A stretch of DNA of 64,000 bases from an uncultured Candidatus Saccharibacteria bacterium (GCA_964481175.1 CAYZSZ010000001.1:1602-65601), one strand, 5' to 3'. Shown: positions 1 through 10,222, counted from the stretch's first letter. Numbers and translations: made by a program. The notes: generated from the letters alone by a model not told the origin.

Positions 1-2
1 AA

Positions 3-479
3 GAAACTGGAAGAGTTATACCACCCACACTTTCTGATGGTGAAAAAGAAATAATAAAAGCAATTGAGAGAAATATGGGAAAAATTTCTTTTGATGTAGG
101 TATTAGAATAATCTACATAGCAAAAAAAGAAGTTTTTGATAAACCAAATGGTGTCGGAGGTATAATGTCTGGATTCAAGCATTTTTCAACTGAAAACTTC
201 AATGGTTTTAAACCAAATGGTAAAAAATGGTCGCCTAAGTTTAGCGGTGTTCCATGGGAAGATTATAAAAAGGTGAGAGAAAATAAATCAAATACTTTGG
301 TTTTGGAAGCATATAAAAGAAGATCCTTCTTTTATGAACCTTATGTTGGTACACCTATAATTTTGAGTACAGAGGAACTCGCTACACTATTTCATTTCCC
401 TGGAAGTGTTGCTGCGACTCCAGGACTTGTACGTATTCCATCAAAGAAATCAGAAGCTCCATCAAATATTCCGCTCTAA
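3..479 (+). CDS. hypothetical protein, 5'-partial (reading frame open from window start)
   Basis: Frame open from nt 3 to TAA at 477-479; no recognisable motif beyond a conserved-looking C-terminal '...STEELATLFHFPG...'. Confidence 0.4.
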   Translation, partial: ETGRVIPPTLSDGEKEIIKAIERNMGKISFDVGIRIIYIAKKEVFDKPNGVGGIMSGFKHFSTENFNGFKPNGKKWSPKFSGVPWEDYKKVRENKSNTLVLEAYKRRSFFYEPYVGTPIILSTEELATLFHFPGSVAATPGLVRIPSKKSEAPSNIPL

Positions 480-1309
480 TGAAAAAGATTATTCCACTAT
501 TCCTTATCTGTCTTTTGATTGTTACTGTTGCTTTCTTAGTTAAAACTCCTTCAAACTTTCCACAAAAGAAAGTGATTAAAGTAGATAAAATGCTTACAGT
601 GGAACAAGTGGGTCTTTTATTAAAAGAAAGTCATGTAATCCAGTCACCTCTCATTTTTAAAGCGCTCGTCTTTAAACGAAACATTAAAGCAGGTGAGTAT
701 TATTTTGACACCGGAGAAAGCGTGTTTAGCATCGTAAATAGGTTAGTTGTGGGCAAAAGTAATCTTCCTATGATTCGCATCACGATACCGGAAGGCTCAA
801 ACAATGAGCAGATTGGGGCTATCATCTGGGGCAAAGTGCCGAACTTCAATGCGCCGTTATTTTTGAAAAAGGGATTCGCATTGCAGGGCCGGCTTTTCCC
901 TGATACATACAACATTCCGCTTACAGCTGACGAAGACTTTGTAATTTCATTATTAAAAAATACGTTCGATAAAAAAGTTGGTAAAGTTAGTGACGAAGCC
1001 GTGAACATGGCTGCAATACTTGAAGAAGAAGGCAAAAATTCGGAAAACAGAAAAATGATTGCAGATATTCTATGGCGCAGATTAAGGATAGGTATGCCAC
1101 TACAAGTAGATGTTGCAAAGGAAACGTACAAGTGGAGAGGATTCCCGGCTAGACCTATATCAAACCCAGGACTAGAGTCGATACAAGCAGCCCTAAACCC
1201 TACGGCAAATCCATACCTCTATTATATTTCTGATAAAGATGGTATATTCCACTACGCAAAAACATATGATGAGCATTTGGTCAATATTCAAAAATACCTC
1301 AAGAAATAA
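479..1309 (+). CDS. mltG: endolytic murein transglycosylase MltG (YceG-like)
   Basis: N-terminal TM helix, YceG-like body, C-terminal '...RGFPARPISNPGLESIQAALNP...' motif typical of MltG. Confidence 0.75.
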   Translation: MKKIIPLFLICLLIVTVAFLVKTPSNFPQKKVIKVDKMLTVEQVGLLLKESHVIQSPLIFKALVFKRNIKAGEYYFDTGESVFSIVNRLVVGKSNLPMIRITIPEGSNNEQIGAIIWGKVPNFNAPLFLKKGFALQGRLFPDTYNIPLTADEDFVISLLKNTFDKKVGKVSDEAVNMAAILEEEGKNSENRKMIADILWRRLRIGMPLQVDVAKETYKWRGFPARPISNPGLESIQAALNPTANPYLYYISDKDGIFHYAKTYDEHLVNIQKYLKK

Positions 1310-2312
1310 GGGTAGAAAAGTGTTTGTGGGCATGTCGGGGGGAGTCGACAGCTCTGTTTCTGCATACCTACTAAAAAAAGCTGGTTACAATGTGACCGGT
1401 GTTTTTATCAAAGTCTGGCAACCTGACTGGATCACTTGTACCTGGAAAGAAGATAGGCTAGACGCGATGCGGGTAGCAGCACATCTCGGTATTTCCTTTA
1501 TGACACTTGATTTGGAAAAAGAATACAAAGAAGAAGTGGTGGACTATATGATTTCAGAATACAAAAAAGGACGGACCCCGAATCCCGATGTAATGTGCAA
1601 CAAGTATGTAAAGTTTGGTGGTTTTTATAATTGGGCAATGGAGAGGGGAGCTGACTTTGTGGCAACTGGTCACTATGCTCAGAGCAGAAATGGCAATATG
1701 TATACCGCAAAAGATGTGAGTAAAGACCAGACATATTTCCTTTGGACGGTAAAAGACTTTTCAAAGATTTTATTTCCGATAGGCCATCTACTAAAGACTG
1801 AGGTACGTGATATCGCTCGCAAAGCAAACTTGCCAGTAGCAGAGAAAAAAGACAGCCAAGGACTCTGCTTTATCGGGAAGATAGATTTTAAAGATTTTCT
1901 TTCACACTACATTACCCCTACACCCGGCAACGTCATCCTCGACAATGAAATTGTTGGAACTCATGACGGAGTAGAGTACCTGACTATCGGTCAGCGACAC
2001 GGCTTTACCATAACAAAAAAGTCTCCAAATGATGCACCTCTTTTTATTATTGAGAAAAAGGGGAATGACATTATCGTGTCAAAGAAAGAAAAGACGAACA
2101 CTGCAACTACCATAGAAATAGTAAACTCAAACATAAAAAAGAACGGTACTTTTATGGCGCGAGCTCGATACCGCCAACCATTGTTCGAATGCACTGTGGA
2201 AAACAATAAAATCACTTTTAAAGAGTCTCAAATAGTTGCAGAGGGGCAGTCTATCGTCGTATATGAAGGAAGTCACTGTTTAGGAGGAGCGATTATCGAC
2301 AAGGTGTTATAA
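1266..2312 (+). CDS. mnmA: tRNA 2-thiouridine(34) synthase MnmA
   Basis: PP-loop 'VGMSGGVDSS', 'PNPDVMCNKYVKFG' and 'DQTYFL' motifs. Start uncertain (overlaps mltG end; may be GTG near 1320). Confidence 0.8.
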   Translation: MMSIWSIFKNTSRNKGRKVFVGMSGGVDSSVSAYLLKKAGYNVTGVFIKVWQPDWITCTWKEDRLDAMRVAAHLGISFMTLDLEKEYKEEVVDYMISEYKKGRTPNPDVMCNKYVKFGGFYNWAMERGADFVATGHYAQSRNGNMYTAKDVSKDQTYFLWTVKDFSKILFPIGHLLKTEVRDIARKANLPVAEKKDSQGLCFIGKIDFKDFLSHYITPTPGNVILDNEIVGTHDGVEYLTIGQRHGFTITKKSPNDAPLFIIEKKGNDIIVSKKEKTNTATTIEIVNSNIKKNGTFMARARYRQPLFECTVENNKITFKESQIVAEGQSIVVYEGSHCLGGAIIDKVL

Positions 2313-2313
2313 T

Positions 2314-3174
2314 GTGTGCATGGAAAATCCCATATACATCAAGAAAGCTGACGGAACGTTAGAACCCTTTAATGAAAATAAACTGATTGAGTCTCTAGTG
2401 CATGTCGGTGCAGACAGAGATATCATCGACGGCATAGTTGATAAAGTTAAAAAAGAAATTAAAGACGGGATGACCACTGGTGCGATATATCATCTCGCTT
2501 TCTCTCATCTACGCGAGTCCAAAACAAATACAGCAGTAAAGTACTCGCTACGTCGAGCACTTTCTGAACTCGGCCCAAATGGTTTTCCATTTGAGCGCTT
2601 TATTGCTGAGATATTCAAAACTCAAGGGTATGAGGCTGTTACTGACCAAATTGTATATGGAGGCTGTGTACCACACGAAGTAGACGTGGTCGCTTGGAAG
2701 GGGGACGAGCTCATCATGGTAGAAGCAAAATTTCACAATGAGTTTGGTTTTAAATCTGACGTAAAAGTCGCACTGTATGTAAAAGCGCGTTTCGATGATC
2801 TCAAAGAAAATATGTATGACTACGGTGGAAGGAAAAGAAAGATTACCGAAGGCTGGCTTGTTACCAACACAAAGTTTACTGATCAAGCGATTCACTATGC
2901 AGAGTGCAAAGGCCTAAAGCTCATCGGCTGGAACTACCCAGCACAAAACAATCTCCAGGACATGATCGAGAGATCAAATCTGCACCCTTTTACCGCATTG
3001 ACTACTTTGAGTGCCACTCAGAAAAAGTATCTACTTGCTCACAATATTCTAATGTGCAAAGATATCCCACATCATCAAGAATTATTAAAAGAACAGGGCA
3101 TGTCATCGGAAGACATTGCCAAAGTACTAAAAGAAATCGACTCTATATATGAAACTTCTAGACAGACTAAATAA
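2314..3174 (+). CDS. ATP-cone domain protein fused to restriction-endonuclease (Mrr-cat-like) domain
   Basis: N-terminus 'IYIKKADGTLEPFNENKLIESL...' is ATP-cone-like. C-terminal part 'GYEAVTDQIVYGGCVPHEVDVVAWKGDELIMVEAKFH' is PD-(D/E)xK Mrr-like. Confidence 0.55.
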   Translation: MCMENPIYIKKADGTLEPFNENKLIESLVHVGADRDIIDGIVDKVKKEIKDGMTTGAIYHLAFSHLRESKTNTAVKYSLRRALSELGPNGFPFERFIAEIFKTQGYEAVTDQIVYGGCVPHEVDVVAWKGDELIMVEAKFHNEFGFKSDVKVALYVKARFDDLKENMYDYGGRKRKITEGWLVTNTKFTDQAIHYAECKGLKLIGWNYPAQNNLQDMIERSNLHPFTALTTLSATQKKYLLAHNILMCKDIPHHQELLKEQGMSSEDIAKVLKEIDSIYETSRQTK

Positions 3175-4927
3175 CGAGTACGCAAAGCTACACACAGGAT
3201 TTGAGTTAGTTTTCTGGGAAGTGTATATGACCTCACCTGAAAAGGGCGAAAAGATGAACGCTGCAGCAGCCAAACGTGACGCCTTTCGCGCAAGCAAAAA
3301 ACTAGCAGCAGAAGTGGATGAGGCTTTGAAAAAAGCAAAAGGTGAAGAGAAAAACAGACTACTACACTGGAAACATTTCTTTTCACTCTTTCAGACTCCA
3401 GAGCAAGTGCTGCCGCTCAAAAGAAAAGCTACTGATATAGAATCAAAAATCGCCACTATCCGTCAGACTCGAAAAGAGGGGTACACTGACCCCTATACAC
3501 ATACATTTGTAGAAGCTTCAGAAAATAAGATGCGTGGTTTAGTGCGGACTAGCCCTGATGAAAAGATTAGAAAAGCAGCATATGACGGCTTGCAGAAATT
3601 GCCTTTGGATACGTTAGATCTATATGTTGAGCTAGTTAAGGTTCGAAATGAGTTTGCTCGTGGTATGGACTATGACAACTTTTATGCCTACAAACTAGAC
3701 CTCGATGAACAGATGACACTCGATGAGCTTTTTTCAATTTTCAACAAACTATATGAAAAAACTAAATACGCTCTCGACGACATAAAAGCTTTGGAAAAGC
3801 AGACACCCGGTATTACTAAGCCATGGAACTTTTCGTACATGATTGCAGGAGACTTTGTTACCGAAGAAGATAAATACTTTCCACTCGACAAAGCACTACT
3901 GCGCTGGGGTCAATCATTTTCTGCACTTGGAGTGGGGCTCGAGGGAGGCAGGCTCGTTTTGGATCTACTAGATAGAAAAGGAAAGCATAACAATGGTTTT
4001 TGTCATTACCCTCGAATCATTGAGTATAAAAATGGTAAACGCATACCAGCTGAAGCTCGTGTCTCTTGTACGGCAGTTATCGGCGAGATCGGATCTGGCT
4101 ACAACGATGGGCACAACACTCTGTTCCACGAAGGAGGCCATGCTGCAGACAGACTCAATAGTTACCAGAAAGATACAATACTAAATACCGAGTACCCACC
4201 AAGCTCTGTATCTTGGGCAGAGACTCACAGCATGTTTATGGATTCGATGCTTGGAGGAATCGACTGGAAAACTAGGTATGCAGACTATCCTTTTGAGCTT
4301 TTTGAACGAAAAGTTCGCAAGACCAGCTTTTTGGCTCCACTTCATATCTTTTCAATCAATGCAGTAATGGAGCTTGAGCGCAGAATATATGAGTCAAAGA
4401 ATCTGACAAGGGACGATGTAATAAAAATTGCTCAGCAAACATACAGAAAGTTTTGGGGACTAGATGATGACTCACTCAATTTGCTCAATGTCTCACACAT
4501 ATATTCTTGGGAAAGCAGTGGATACTACCACGGCTACGGTCTTGCAGAGCTCCAAGTCTGTCAGTGGAGAGAATATTTCTACAAAAAATACGGTTACATT
4601 GTAGACAATCCGAACGTCGGCAAAGAACTGAAAAAAGTCTGGAGACTCGGCTCTTCACGACCGTCAAAAGAGTTTATCAAAATCGCAACTGGTAAAAAGC
4701 TCAGTCCCGATGCATATATCAGATCTGTTACAGGGACTCCTGAACAAAAAATAAAGATAGCAAAGCAGAGAATCGCTCGTCTAGAGAAAGTAAAACGCTA
4801 CACAAAACCAGTAAACCTAAACGGAACTGTCGTCATGATGCATGGCAAAAAGAAAATAGCGGACTCTACAAAAGGCTTCGAAAAAATGGCGGAAAAGTAC
4901 AAAAAATGGTTAAATACTCTCAAATGA
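3149..4927 (+). CDS. M3-family zinc metallo-oligopeptidase (PepF-like)
   Basis: HExxH motif 'TLFHEGGHAADR' within a ~590-aa protein of M3B-like length. Confidence 0.55.
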   Translation: MKLLDRLNNEYAKLHTGFELVFWEVYMTSPEKGEKMNAAAAKRDAFRASKKLAAEVDEALKKAKGEEKNRLLHWKHFFSLFQTPEQVLPLKRKATDIESKIATIRQTRKEGYTDPYTHTFVEASENKMRGLVRTSPDEKIRKAAYDGLQKLPLDTLDLYVELVKVRNEFARGMDYDNFYAYKLDLDEQMTLDELFSIFNKLYEKTKYALDDIKALEKQTPGITKPWNFSYMIAGDFVTEEDKYFPLDKALLRWGQSFSALGVGLEGGRLVLDLLDRKGKHNNGFCHYPRIIEYKNGKRIPAEARVSCTAVIGEIGSGYNDGHNTLFHEGGHAADRLNSYQKDTILNTEYPPSSVSWAETHSMFMDSMLGGIDWKTRYADYPFELFERKVRKTSFLAPLHIFSINAVMELERRIYESKNLTRDDVIKIAQQTYRKFWGLDDDSLNLLNVSHIYSWESSGYYHGYGLAELQVCQWREYFYKKYGYIVDNPNVGKELKKVWRLGSSRPSKEFIKIATGKKLSPDAYIRSVTGTPEQKIKIAKQRIARLEKVKRYTKPVNLNGTVVMMHGKKKIADSTKGFEKMAEKYKKWLNTLK

Positions 4928-6621
4928 CGTCAAAAGAAATCCGAGCGAAATTCCTAGCTTTTTTTGAAAAAAAGGGACATGCGATCATCCCTTCGGCTCC
5001 GCTCGTACCTGAAAATGACCCCTCAGTACTATTCAACACAGCAGGAATGCAACCGCTAGTACCATATCTTTTAGGGCAAAAGCACCCACTCGGTACCCGC
5101 CTCGCAAATGCACAAAAATGTGTTCGTACTGTTGATATCGACGACATCGGTGACAACACTCATGCAACTTTTTTTGAAATGCTAGGGAACTGGTCTCTCG
5201 GTGACTATTTCAAAAAAGAGGCAATCGAATGGAGCTACGAATTGCTAACAAAAGAATTCGGACTCGACCCAAAGCGTTTGTATGTAACTGTATTTGCTGG
5301 AGATGAAAACGCTCCTCGAGATCTAGAGGCTGTCGAGATTTGGAAGAGTGTTGGTGTTCCAGAAAATAGAATTTACTTTCTGCCTGCAAAAAATAACTGG
5401 TGGTCAGCGGGAGACAATGGCCCATGCGGTCCAGATAGCGAAATGTTTTATGATGTTACCCCAAATGGTTTGGGTGATATGACTCACGATGAGTACGTTG
5501 CTGCAGATGAGCGACGCGATGTAGTTGAAATCTGGAATGACGTATTTATGGAATACGAAAAGAAAGATGGGAAAGTAATCGGCAAATTGGCTTCAAAAAA
5601 CATCGACACTGGTTCAGGACTTGAGCGAGTGACTATGGTCATACAGGGAAAAGACAATATATACGAGACAGATCTACTAAAACCAATTATTGAAAAGATT
5701 CGTTCTCTTTCTACAAATCAAAACCAAACTTCTGAGCGCATTATCGCAGACCACATCCGTACTGCTGTCTTTATGATTTCAGATGGAGTCACACCTTCAA
5801 ACACAGACCAGGGGTATATCCTCCGACGACTTCTTCGCCGCGCTATCCGACACGCTGATATTTTGGGCATGGGATCACTATCAAATCTCGTCGAGACAGT
5901 TGTTTCTATATACAAAGGTGTCTATGACCTAAAAATCACAGATCAAATATCTGTAGAAGAAGAAAAATTCCGCAAGACACTCAAAGACGGAATAAAACAA
6001 TTTGAAAAAGGTGAGGATCCTTTTATCCTTTTCTCTACCTACGGTTTCCCGATCGAGCTCACACTAGAATTAGCAAAAGAAAAAGCTATCGAAATAGACT
6101 TGGAAGATTTCAACAAAAAGATGAAAGCACACCAGGACATCTCTCGAGCTGGTTCAGAACAAAAGTTTAAAGGAGGACTCGCAGATACGAGCGAGCAGTC
6201 GGTAAAGTACCACACAGCTACTCATCTTTTACATTATGCTTTGCGAAAAGTGCTTGGTGAACATGTGCAGCAAAAGGGAAGCAATATCACTCCTGAGCGA
6301 CTTCGCTTTGACTTTGCACATCCGACAAAGATGACTGATGAAGAAAAAAAGAAAGTTGAAGATATTGTAAATGAAAAGATTCAGGCTGCTATCACTGTGG
6401 AAAACAAAATCATGCCAAAAGAAGAAGCAATCAAAATCGGTGCCCTCCATTTCTTTAATGAAAAGTACCCCGACCAAGTGAGCGTTTATTTTATTGGAGA
6501 CTCTATCGAATTCTGTGGAGGTCCTCATGTGAAGAATACAAAAGAGCTAGGGAAATTCAAAATTGCAAAAGAAGAAGCAGTATCAGCAGGTGTCCGTCGC
6601 ATAAAAGCAGTCCTCTCATAA
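4924..6621 (+). CDS. alaS: alanine--tRNA ligase, compact form lacking the C-Ala domain
   Basis: Class-II catalytic motifs 'KCVRTVDIDDIGDNTHATFFEMLGNWSLGDYFK'. Editing-domain zinc motifs 'HTATHLLHYAL' and 'FCGGPHV'. Only ~565 aa. Confidence 0.85.
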   Translation: MTSKEIRAKFLAFFEKKGHAIIPSAPLVPENDPSVLFNTAGMQPLVPYLLGQKHPLGTRLANAQKCVRTVDIDDIGDNTHATFFEMLGNWSLGDYFKKEAIEWSYELLTKEFGLDPKRLYVTVFAGDENAPRDLEAVEIWKSVGVPENRIYFLPAKNNWWSAGDNGPCGPDSEMFYDVTPNGLGDMTHDEYVAADERRDVVEIWNDVFMEYEKKDGKVIGKLASKNIDTGSGLERVTMVIQGKDNIYETDLLKPIIEKIRSLSTNQNQTSERIIADHIRTAVFMISDGVTPSNTDQGYILRRLLRRAIRHADILGMGSLSNLVETVVSIYKGVYDLKITDQISVEEEKFRKTLKDGIKQFEKGEDPFILFSTYGFPIELTLELAKEKAIEIDLEDFNKKMKAHQDISRAGSEQKFKGGLADTSEQSVKYHTATHLLHYALRKVLGEHVQQKGSNITPERLRFDFAHPTKMTDEEKKKVEDIVNEKIQAAITVENKIMPKEEAIKIGALHFFNEKYPDQVSVYFIGDSIEFCGGPHVKNTKELGKFKIAKEEAVSAGVRRIKAVLS

Positions 6622-6645
6622 TTTCCTGTGATATAATTTAGAGGT

Positions 6646-7665
6646 ATGAAAGATTACCTCGTAATTGTGATTGATAGTTTTAGTGTACAAGTCATTTTAA
6701 ATGGCAAGACTTCTCTGTACAGACGATTCGCCGTCCATGAAAAGATCTCCAGCACACATCTCGAACATGTGATGATAACCACACTCACAAAGATCCTCCA
6801 AGACACTGTGAGACAGACTGCTCATGTCGGCAAAATACATATAGTACTTTCTTCGCCTTGGATTGTAAGCAAGACAAAAACTTCACGTTTCACTTATACG
6901 AAGCCACTCATGCTCGATCGAGAGTATTTGGATCAGACCATCGAACAAGAGCGCACTGCTTTTAAAAAAATATTTCCTTTCGACATAGAGTTCGTCGAGC
7001 AAAAAGTCTTTGAAACAAAGATAAACGGCTACAGCGCAAAGCTCAAAAAGCCAGTCCCAGCAATGTCTTTGGAGATAAGTAGCGCGATGAGTGCTATGTC
7101 AAAGACCGTATTAAAAAAGATTATGGATGTAACAGAGCACTTCTTCCATGGCGGGAAAGTATCTTTCCATTCATCATTGATTTTGTCATATATCAGTCTT
7201 CGCCACTTACAGCCAGAGCTTGAGAGCGGAGCTTTTATAAATGTTCATGGAGAATGCACCGACGTCACTATATTTAAAAATTCAGTTCCAACACATTTCG
7301 CATCGACAAACTTTGGATCACATACACTTGTTCACACGCTTGCGAAAAGCATGAATACTTCAGAAGGCATAGCAGAGTCAAAGATCACTCTTTTTGAAGA
7401 TGGAGATCTACACGCTCAAGCAGAAGAAAAGGCCGCACCGCTCGTAGAACAAAAACTAGCAGACTGGAGCAATAGTCTCACCGAACTTATAGAGCAATTG
7501 GAGAAAACTGCTCCTCATAACTTTGTTATAAACAGCGACGAATACGAAACCATATTTTCAAATACATTGAGGAATACTTTTGGTGATTCAAATGTTACTG
7601 TTTTGCCAGAGACAATAGACGCTTTGTATCAAGCAGGTATAGAACTTGTAGAATTTCACAAATAG
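6646..7665 (+). CDS. hypothetical protein, possibly degenerate actin-like ATPase fold (FtsA/PilM-like)
   Basis: 339-aa ORF; 'FINVHGECTDVTIF' weakly resembles the phosphate-2 motif of actin-like ATPases. Low-confidence call. Confidence 0.35.
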   Translation: MKDYLVIVIDSFSVQVILNGKTSLYRRFAVHEKISSTHLEHVMITTLTKILQDTVRQTAHVGKIHIVLSSPWIVSKTKTSRFTYTKPLMLDREYLDQTIEQERTAFKKIFPFDIEFVEQKVFETKINGYSAKLKKPVPAMSLEISSAMSAMSKTVLKKIMDVTEHFFHGGKVSFHSSLILSYISLRHLQPELESGAFINVHGECTDVTIFKNSVPTHFASTNFGSHTLVHTLAKSMNTSEGIAESKITLFEDGDLHAQAEEKAAPLVEQKLADWSNSLTELIEQLEKTAPHNFVINSDEYETIFSNTLRNTFGDSNVTVLPETIDALYQAGIELVEFHK

Positions 7666-7714
7666 TATGCTATAATTTCTGAATAAGCACATGGAACGAG
7701 AAAGAGAATATAAG

Positions 7715-8974
7715 ATGAGTGATGTGGTATCACCGAGCACCTCTCGGACAATTCGTCGTATACCTATAAACCGCAAACAACTCGAACGCGAAGTAGAAGA
7801 AGAACCTGTAGAAGAATACGTTCGCCCTCGACGTACCACTTCTCACCGTAGTGCGCCTCCAAAAGGTAGCAGTCTATTTACAAAGATCACCCTTGTTGCA
7901 GTCGTACTTATCTCTATTGTTGCTATTGCAGCAGCTATATCTCTTGCATATTCAAAAGGAACTTTGAGCATTGAACCAAAAAAGATAGAAACATCGATAA
8001 ATATCGGTTTTGCAGCAAATCCATCTGGTGACTCGCTCACGTATTCAACTATTACAGCCTCTGACACATCTATGGAAGTAGTCGCAGCAAAGCCAGGTAG
8101 CTTTTATCAGAGCAAAGCTCGTGGCAACGCAACGGTAACAAACGGTAGTACCGAAGAGCAGCAGCTAGTTATCAACACTCGCCTCGAGACGGCTGACGGC
8201 AAGATATATCGCCTCACAAAGCCTATCGTGATCCCAGCAGGTAAAAAAGTAAGTGTACCTATCGTAGCTGACGAAAGCGGAGCTGATTGGAATATCACAA
8301 AAGCAGCTGCAGGAAAACTAAAAGTGCCTGGTTTCAAGGGCAGCAAAAAGTATGATCAGTTCTTTGCTGAGCTAGATGACGATATTGTAGGTGGCTTTTC
8401 AGGAACCAAAAATGTAGTTGATGAAAAGGTCTTAAGAGAAACTCGTGATCGTTTGGTTTCTTCTGTGACTGAGCTCGTAAAGGCAAAGCTAAAAGCACAG
8501 GTTGATTCAAACTCTGTTTATTTCGATACGCTCACAGTGATCTCTATTGAGGATCTTCCACAGATTGCAAAAGGCAGCAATCAAAGCCAGATCGCTGTAA
8601 AGGGGAGTGGACTTGCATATGTGTTTGATCGAACTGCGCTCACAAAAACTTTGGGTGCAAATGAGGTCAAAAAACTTGGCTCTGATTCTTTCAAAGCGTT
8701 GGGTATAGAAAAAGTAACCATTACTCCAAAAGCACCCCTAAAATACAGCCCTACAGCAGCTCTCAGCCTCACGGCGGTAGGTAACATTACTATCGTAGGA
8801 AACGTGCCTGTAGAGACCTTAAAAAAGGAATTGGTGGGCATAAAAGTGGCTGATTTAAACAATATTCTCAAGAAATACGACGGTATTAGCAAGGCAAGCG
8901 CAAAGATCTCACCATTCTGGAAAAAAGCCTTTCCTGCTAGTTCTGACCGCATTTATGTCGAGGTAAGCGAATAG
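7715..8974 (+). CDS. bitopic membrane protein with Pro/Arg-rich cytoplasmic N-terminus, hypothetical
   Basis: Charged N-terminus, one TM helix 'ITLVAVVLISIVAIAAAISLAY', large extracytoplasmic domain. Confidence 0.45.
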   Translation: MSDVVSPSTSRTIRRIPINRKQLEREVEEEPVEEYVRPRRTTSHRSAPPKGSSLFTKITLVAVVLISIVAIAAAISLAYSKGTLSIEPKKIETSINIGFAANPSGDSLTYSTITASDTSMEVVAAKPGSFYQSKARGNATVTNGSTEEQQLVINTRLETADGKIYRLTKPIVIPAGKKVSVPIVADESGADWNITKAAAGKLKVPGFKGSKKYDQFFAELDDDIVGGFSGTKNVVDEKVLRETRDRLVSSVTELVKAKLKAQVDSNSVYFDTLTVISIEDLPQIAKGSNQSQIAVKGSGLAYVFDRTALTKTLGANEVKKLGSDSFKALGIEKVTITPKAPLKYSPTAALSLTAVGNITIVGNVPVETLKKELVGIKVADLNNILKKYDGISKASAKISPFWKKAFPASSDRIYVEVSE

Positions 8975-8979
8975 TGATA

Positions 8980-9008
8980 TTGCAATATAAGCATATCTCT
9001 GCTAGTAT
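8980..9008 (+). promoter_or_regulatory. sigma70-like promoter TTGCAA-N17-TAGTAT upstream of infA cluster
   Basis: -35 at 8980-8985, -10 at 9003-9008. Confidence 0.4.
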
Positions 9009-9028
9009 ATCGAAACGCGCATTTACGA

Positions 9029-9256
9029 ATGGATGTAACCCCAAACAACAAAGCAAATAACCAAGCTACAGGAGTAGTTACTGAAGCCTTGCCAAATACT
9101 TTGTTTAAGGTGGCGCTAGATGGTAGCGATACTATCGTCCTCGCTTACTTAGCAGGGAAAATGCGAATGCATCACATTCGAGTATTGATCGGAGACAAGG
9201 TAGAACTTGAGCTCGATCCATACGGAGGCAGAGCACGTATTACAAAAAGACTTTAA
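9029..9256 (+). CDS. infA: translation initiation factor IF-1
   Basis: S1-like IF-1 sequence '...[32 protein letters not shown]'. Confidence 0.9.
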   Translation: MDVTPNNKANNQATGVVTEALPNTLFKVALDGSDTIVLAYLAGKMRMHHIRVLIGDKVELELDPYGGRARITKRL

Positions 9257-9271
9257 TCGATTTTTATTATA

Positions 9272-9388
9272 ATGAAAGTTCGAGCGTCAGTTAAAAAAGT
9301 ATGTGAAAAATGTAACGTAGTTCGCCGAAAGGGCTACGTCTATGTTGTCTGCAAAGGAAACCCTCGACATAAACAACGACAAGGCTAA
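9272..9388 (+). CDS. rpmJ: 50S ribosomal protein L36
   Basis: Hand-translated 38-aa [41 protein letters not shown] (zinc-ribbon L36). Not in the ORF track because it is under 60 aa. Confidence 0.85.
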   Translation: MKVRASVKKVCEKCNVVRRKGYVYVVCKGNPRHKQRQG

Positions 9389-9399
9389 ATTTTAATCAT

Positions 9400-9780
9400 A
9401 TGCGTATACTTGGTATTACAATTCCTGAAAACAAACGACTTGAGATTGCTCTCACTACTCTATATGGTGTAGGACGATCACGAGCACAATTTATTTTGAA
9501 AACAGCTGGCATCGACTTTGGTGCAAAAGCAAAAGACCTGACAACTGACCAGGAAAATGCAGTTCGAAAGATTTTTGAAGGATACAAGATAGAAGGAGAT
9601 CTCAAACGAGAGATCGGAGCAAACATCAAGCGCCTCAAAGACATCAAAACATACCGAGGTAGCCGACATGCAAAGCGTCTCCCAGCTCGAGGACAGCGAA
9701 CAAAGACAAACTCTCGAACTCTTCGAGGAAACGTTCGAAAGACGATGGGATCAGGACGTAAGAAGGAAGATAAGAAGTAA
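9400..9780 (+). CDS. rpsM: 30S ribosomal protein S13
   Basis: 'MRILGITIPENKRLEIALTTLYGVG...' is a canonical S13 N-terminus. Confidence 0.95.
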   Translation: MRILGITIPENKRLEIALTTLYGVGRSRAQFILKTAGIDFGAKAKDLTTDQENAVRKIFEGYKIEGDLKREIGANIKRLKDIKTYRGSRHAKRLPARGQRTKTNSRTLRGNVRKTMGSGRKKEDKK

Positions 9781-9785
9781 TTTAT

Positions 9786-10208
9786 ATGGCTAAAAAAACC
9801 GAAACAACAACAGAAAAGAAAGTCGAAGCAAAGCCTGCAGTACAGGTCTCTTCTAAGAAGCGACTTGATAGTGGCATCCTTTTTGTTCAGTCTACCTACA
9901 ACAACACAAAGGTTATGCTTGCTGACATGTCAGGAAATGCAGTAATGTGGTCAACCGCTGGTGCTCTTGGATTCAAGGGTGCAAAAAAGGGTACTCCATT
10001 CGCAGCTGCAAAGATTGGTGAAGCACTTGCTGTAAAGGCCGCTCTTATCGGTCTCAAAGAAGTTGCTGTTGTTGTTAAGGGAGTAGGTTCTGGACGAGAA
10101 TCTGCTATCCGAGGCTTTACTTCAAAGGGAATCAACATCTCAAGCATTACAGACGAAACTCCAGTTCCGCACAATGGTCCAAAGCCTAAAAAGCCACGTC
10201 GAGTATAA
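9786..10208 (+). CDS. rpsK: 30S ribosomal protein S11
   Basis: S11 core '...GILFVQSTYNNTKVMLADMSGNAVMWSTAGALGFKGAKKGTPFAA...'. Confidence 0.95.
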   Translation: MAKKTETTTEKKVEAKPAVQVSSKKRLDSGILFVQSTYNNTKVMLADMSGNAVMWSTAGALGFKGAKKGTPFAAAKIGEALAVKAALIGLKEVAVVVKGVGSGRESAIRGFTSKGINISSITDETPVPHNGPKPKKPRRV

Positions 10209-10222
10209 TCAATTAGAAATAT

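Noticed and set aside
700-1131. 143-aa minus-strand ORF inside mltG
   Set aside because: Antisense shadow ORF within a well-supported gene; no independent signals.
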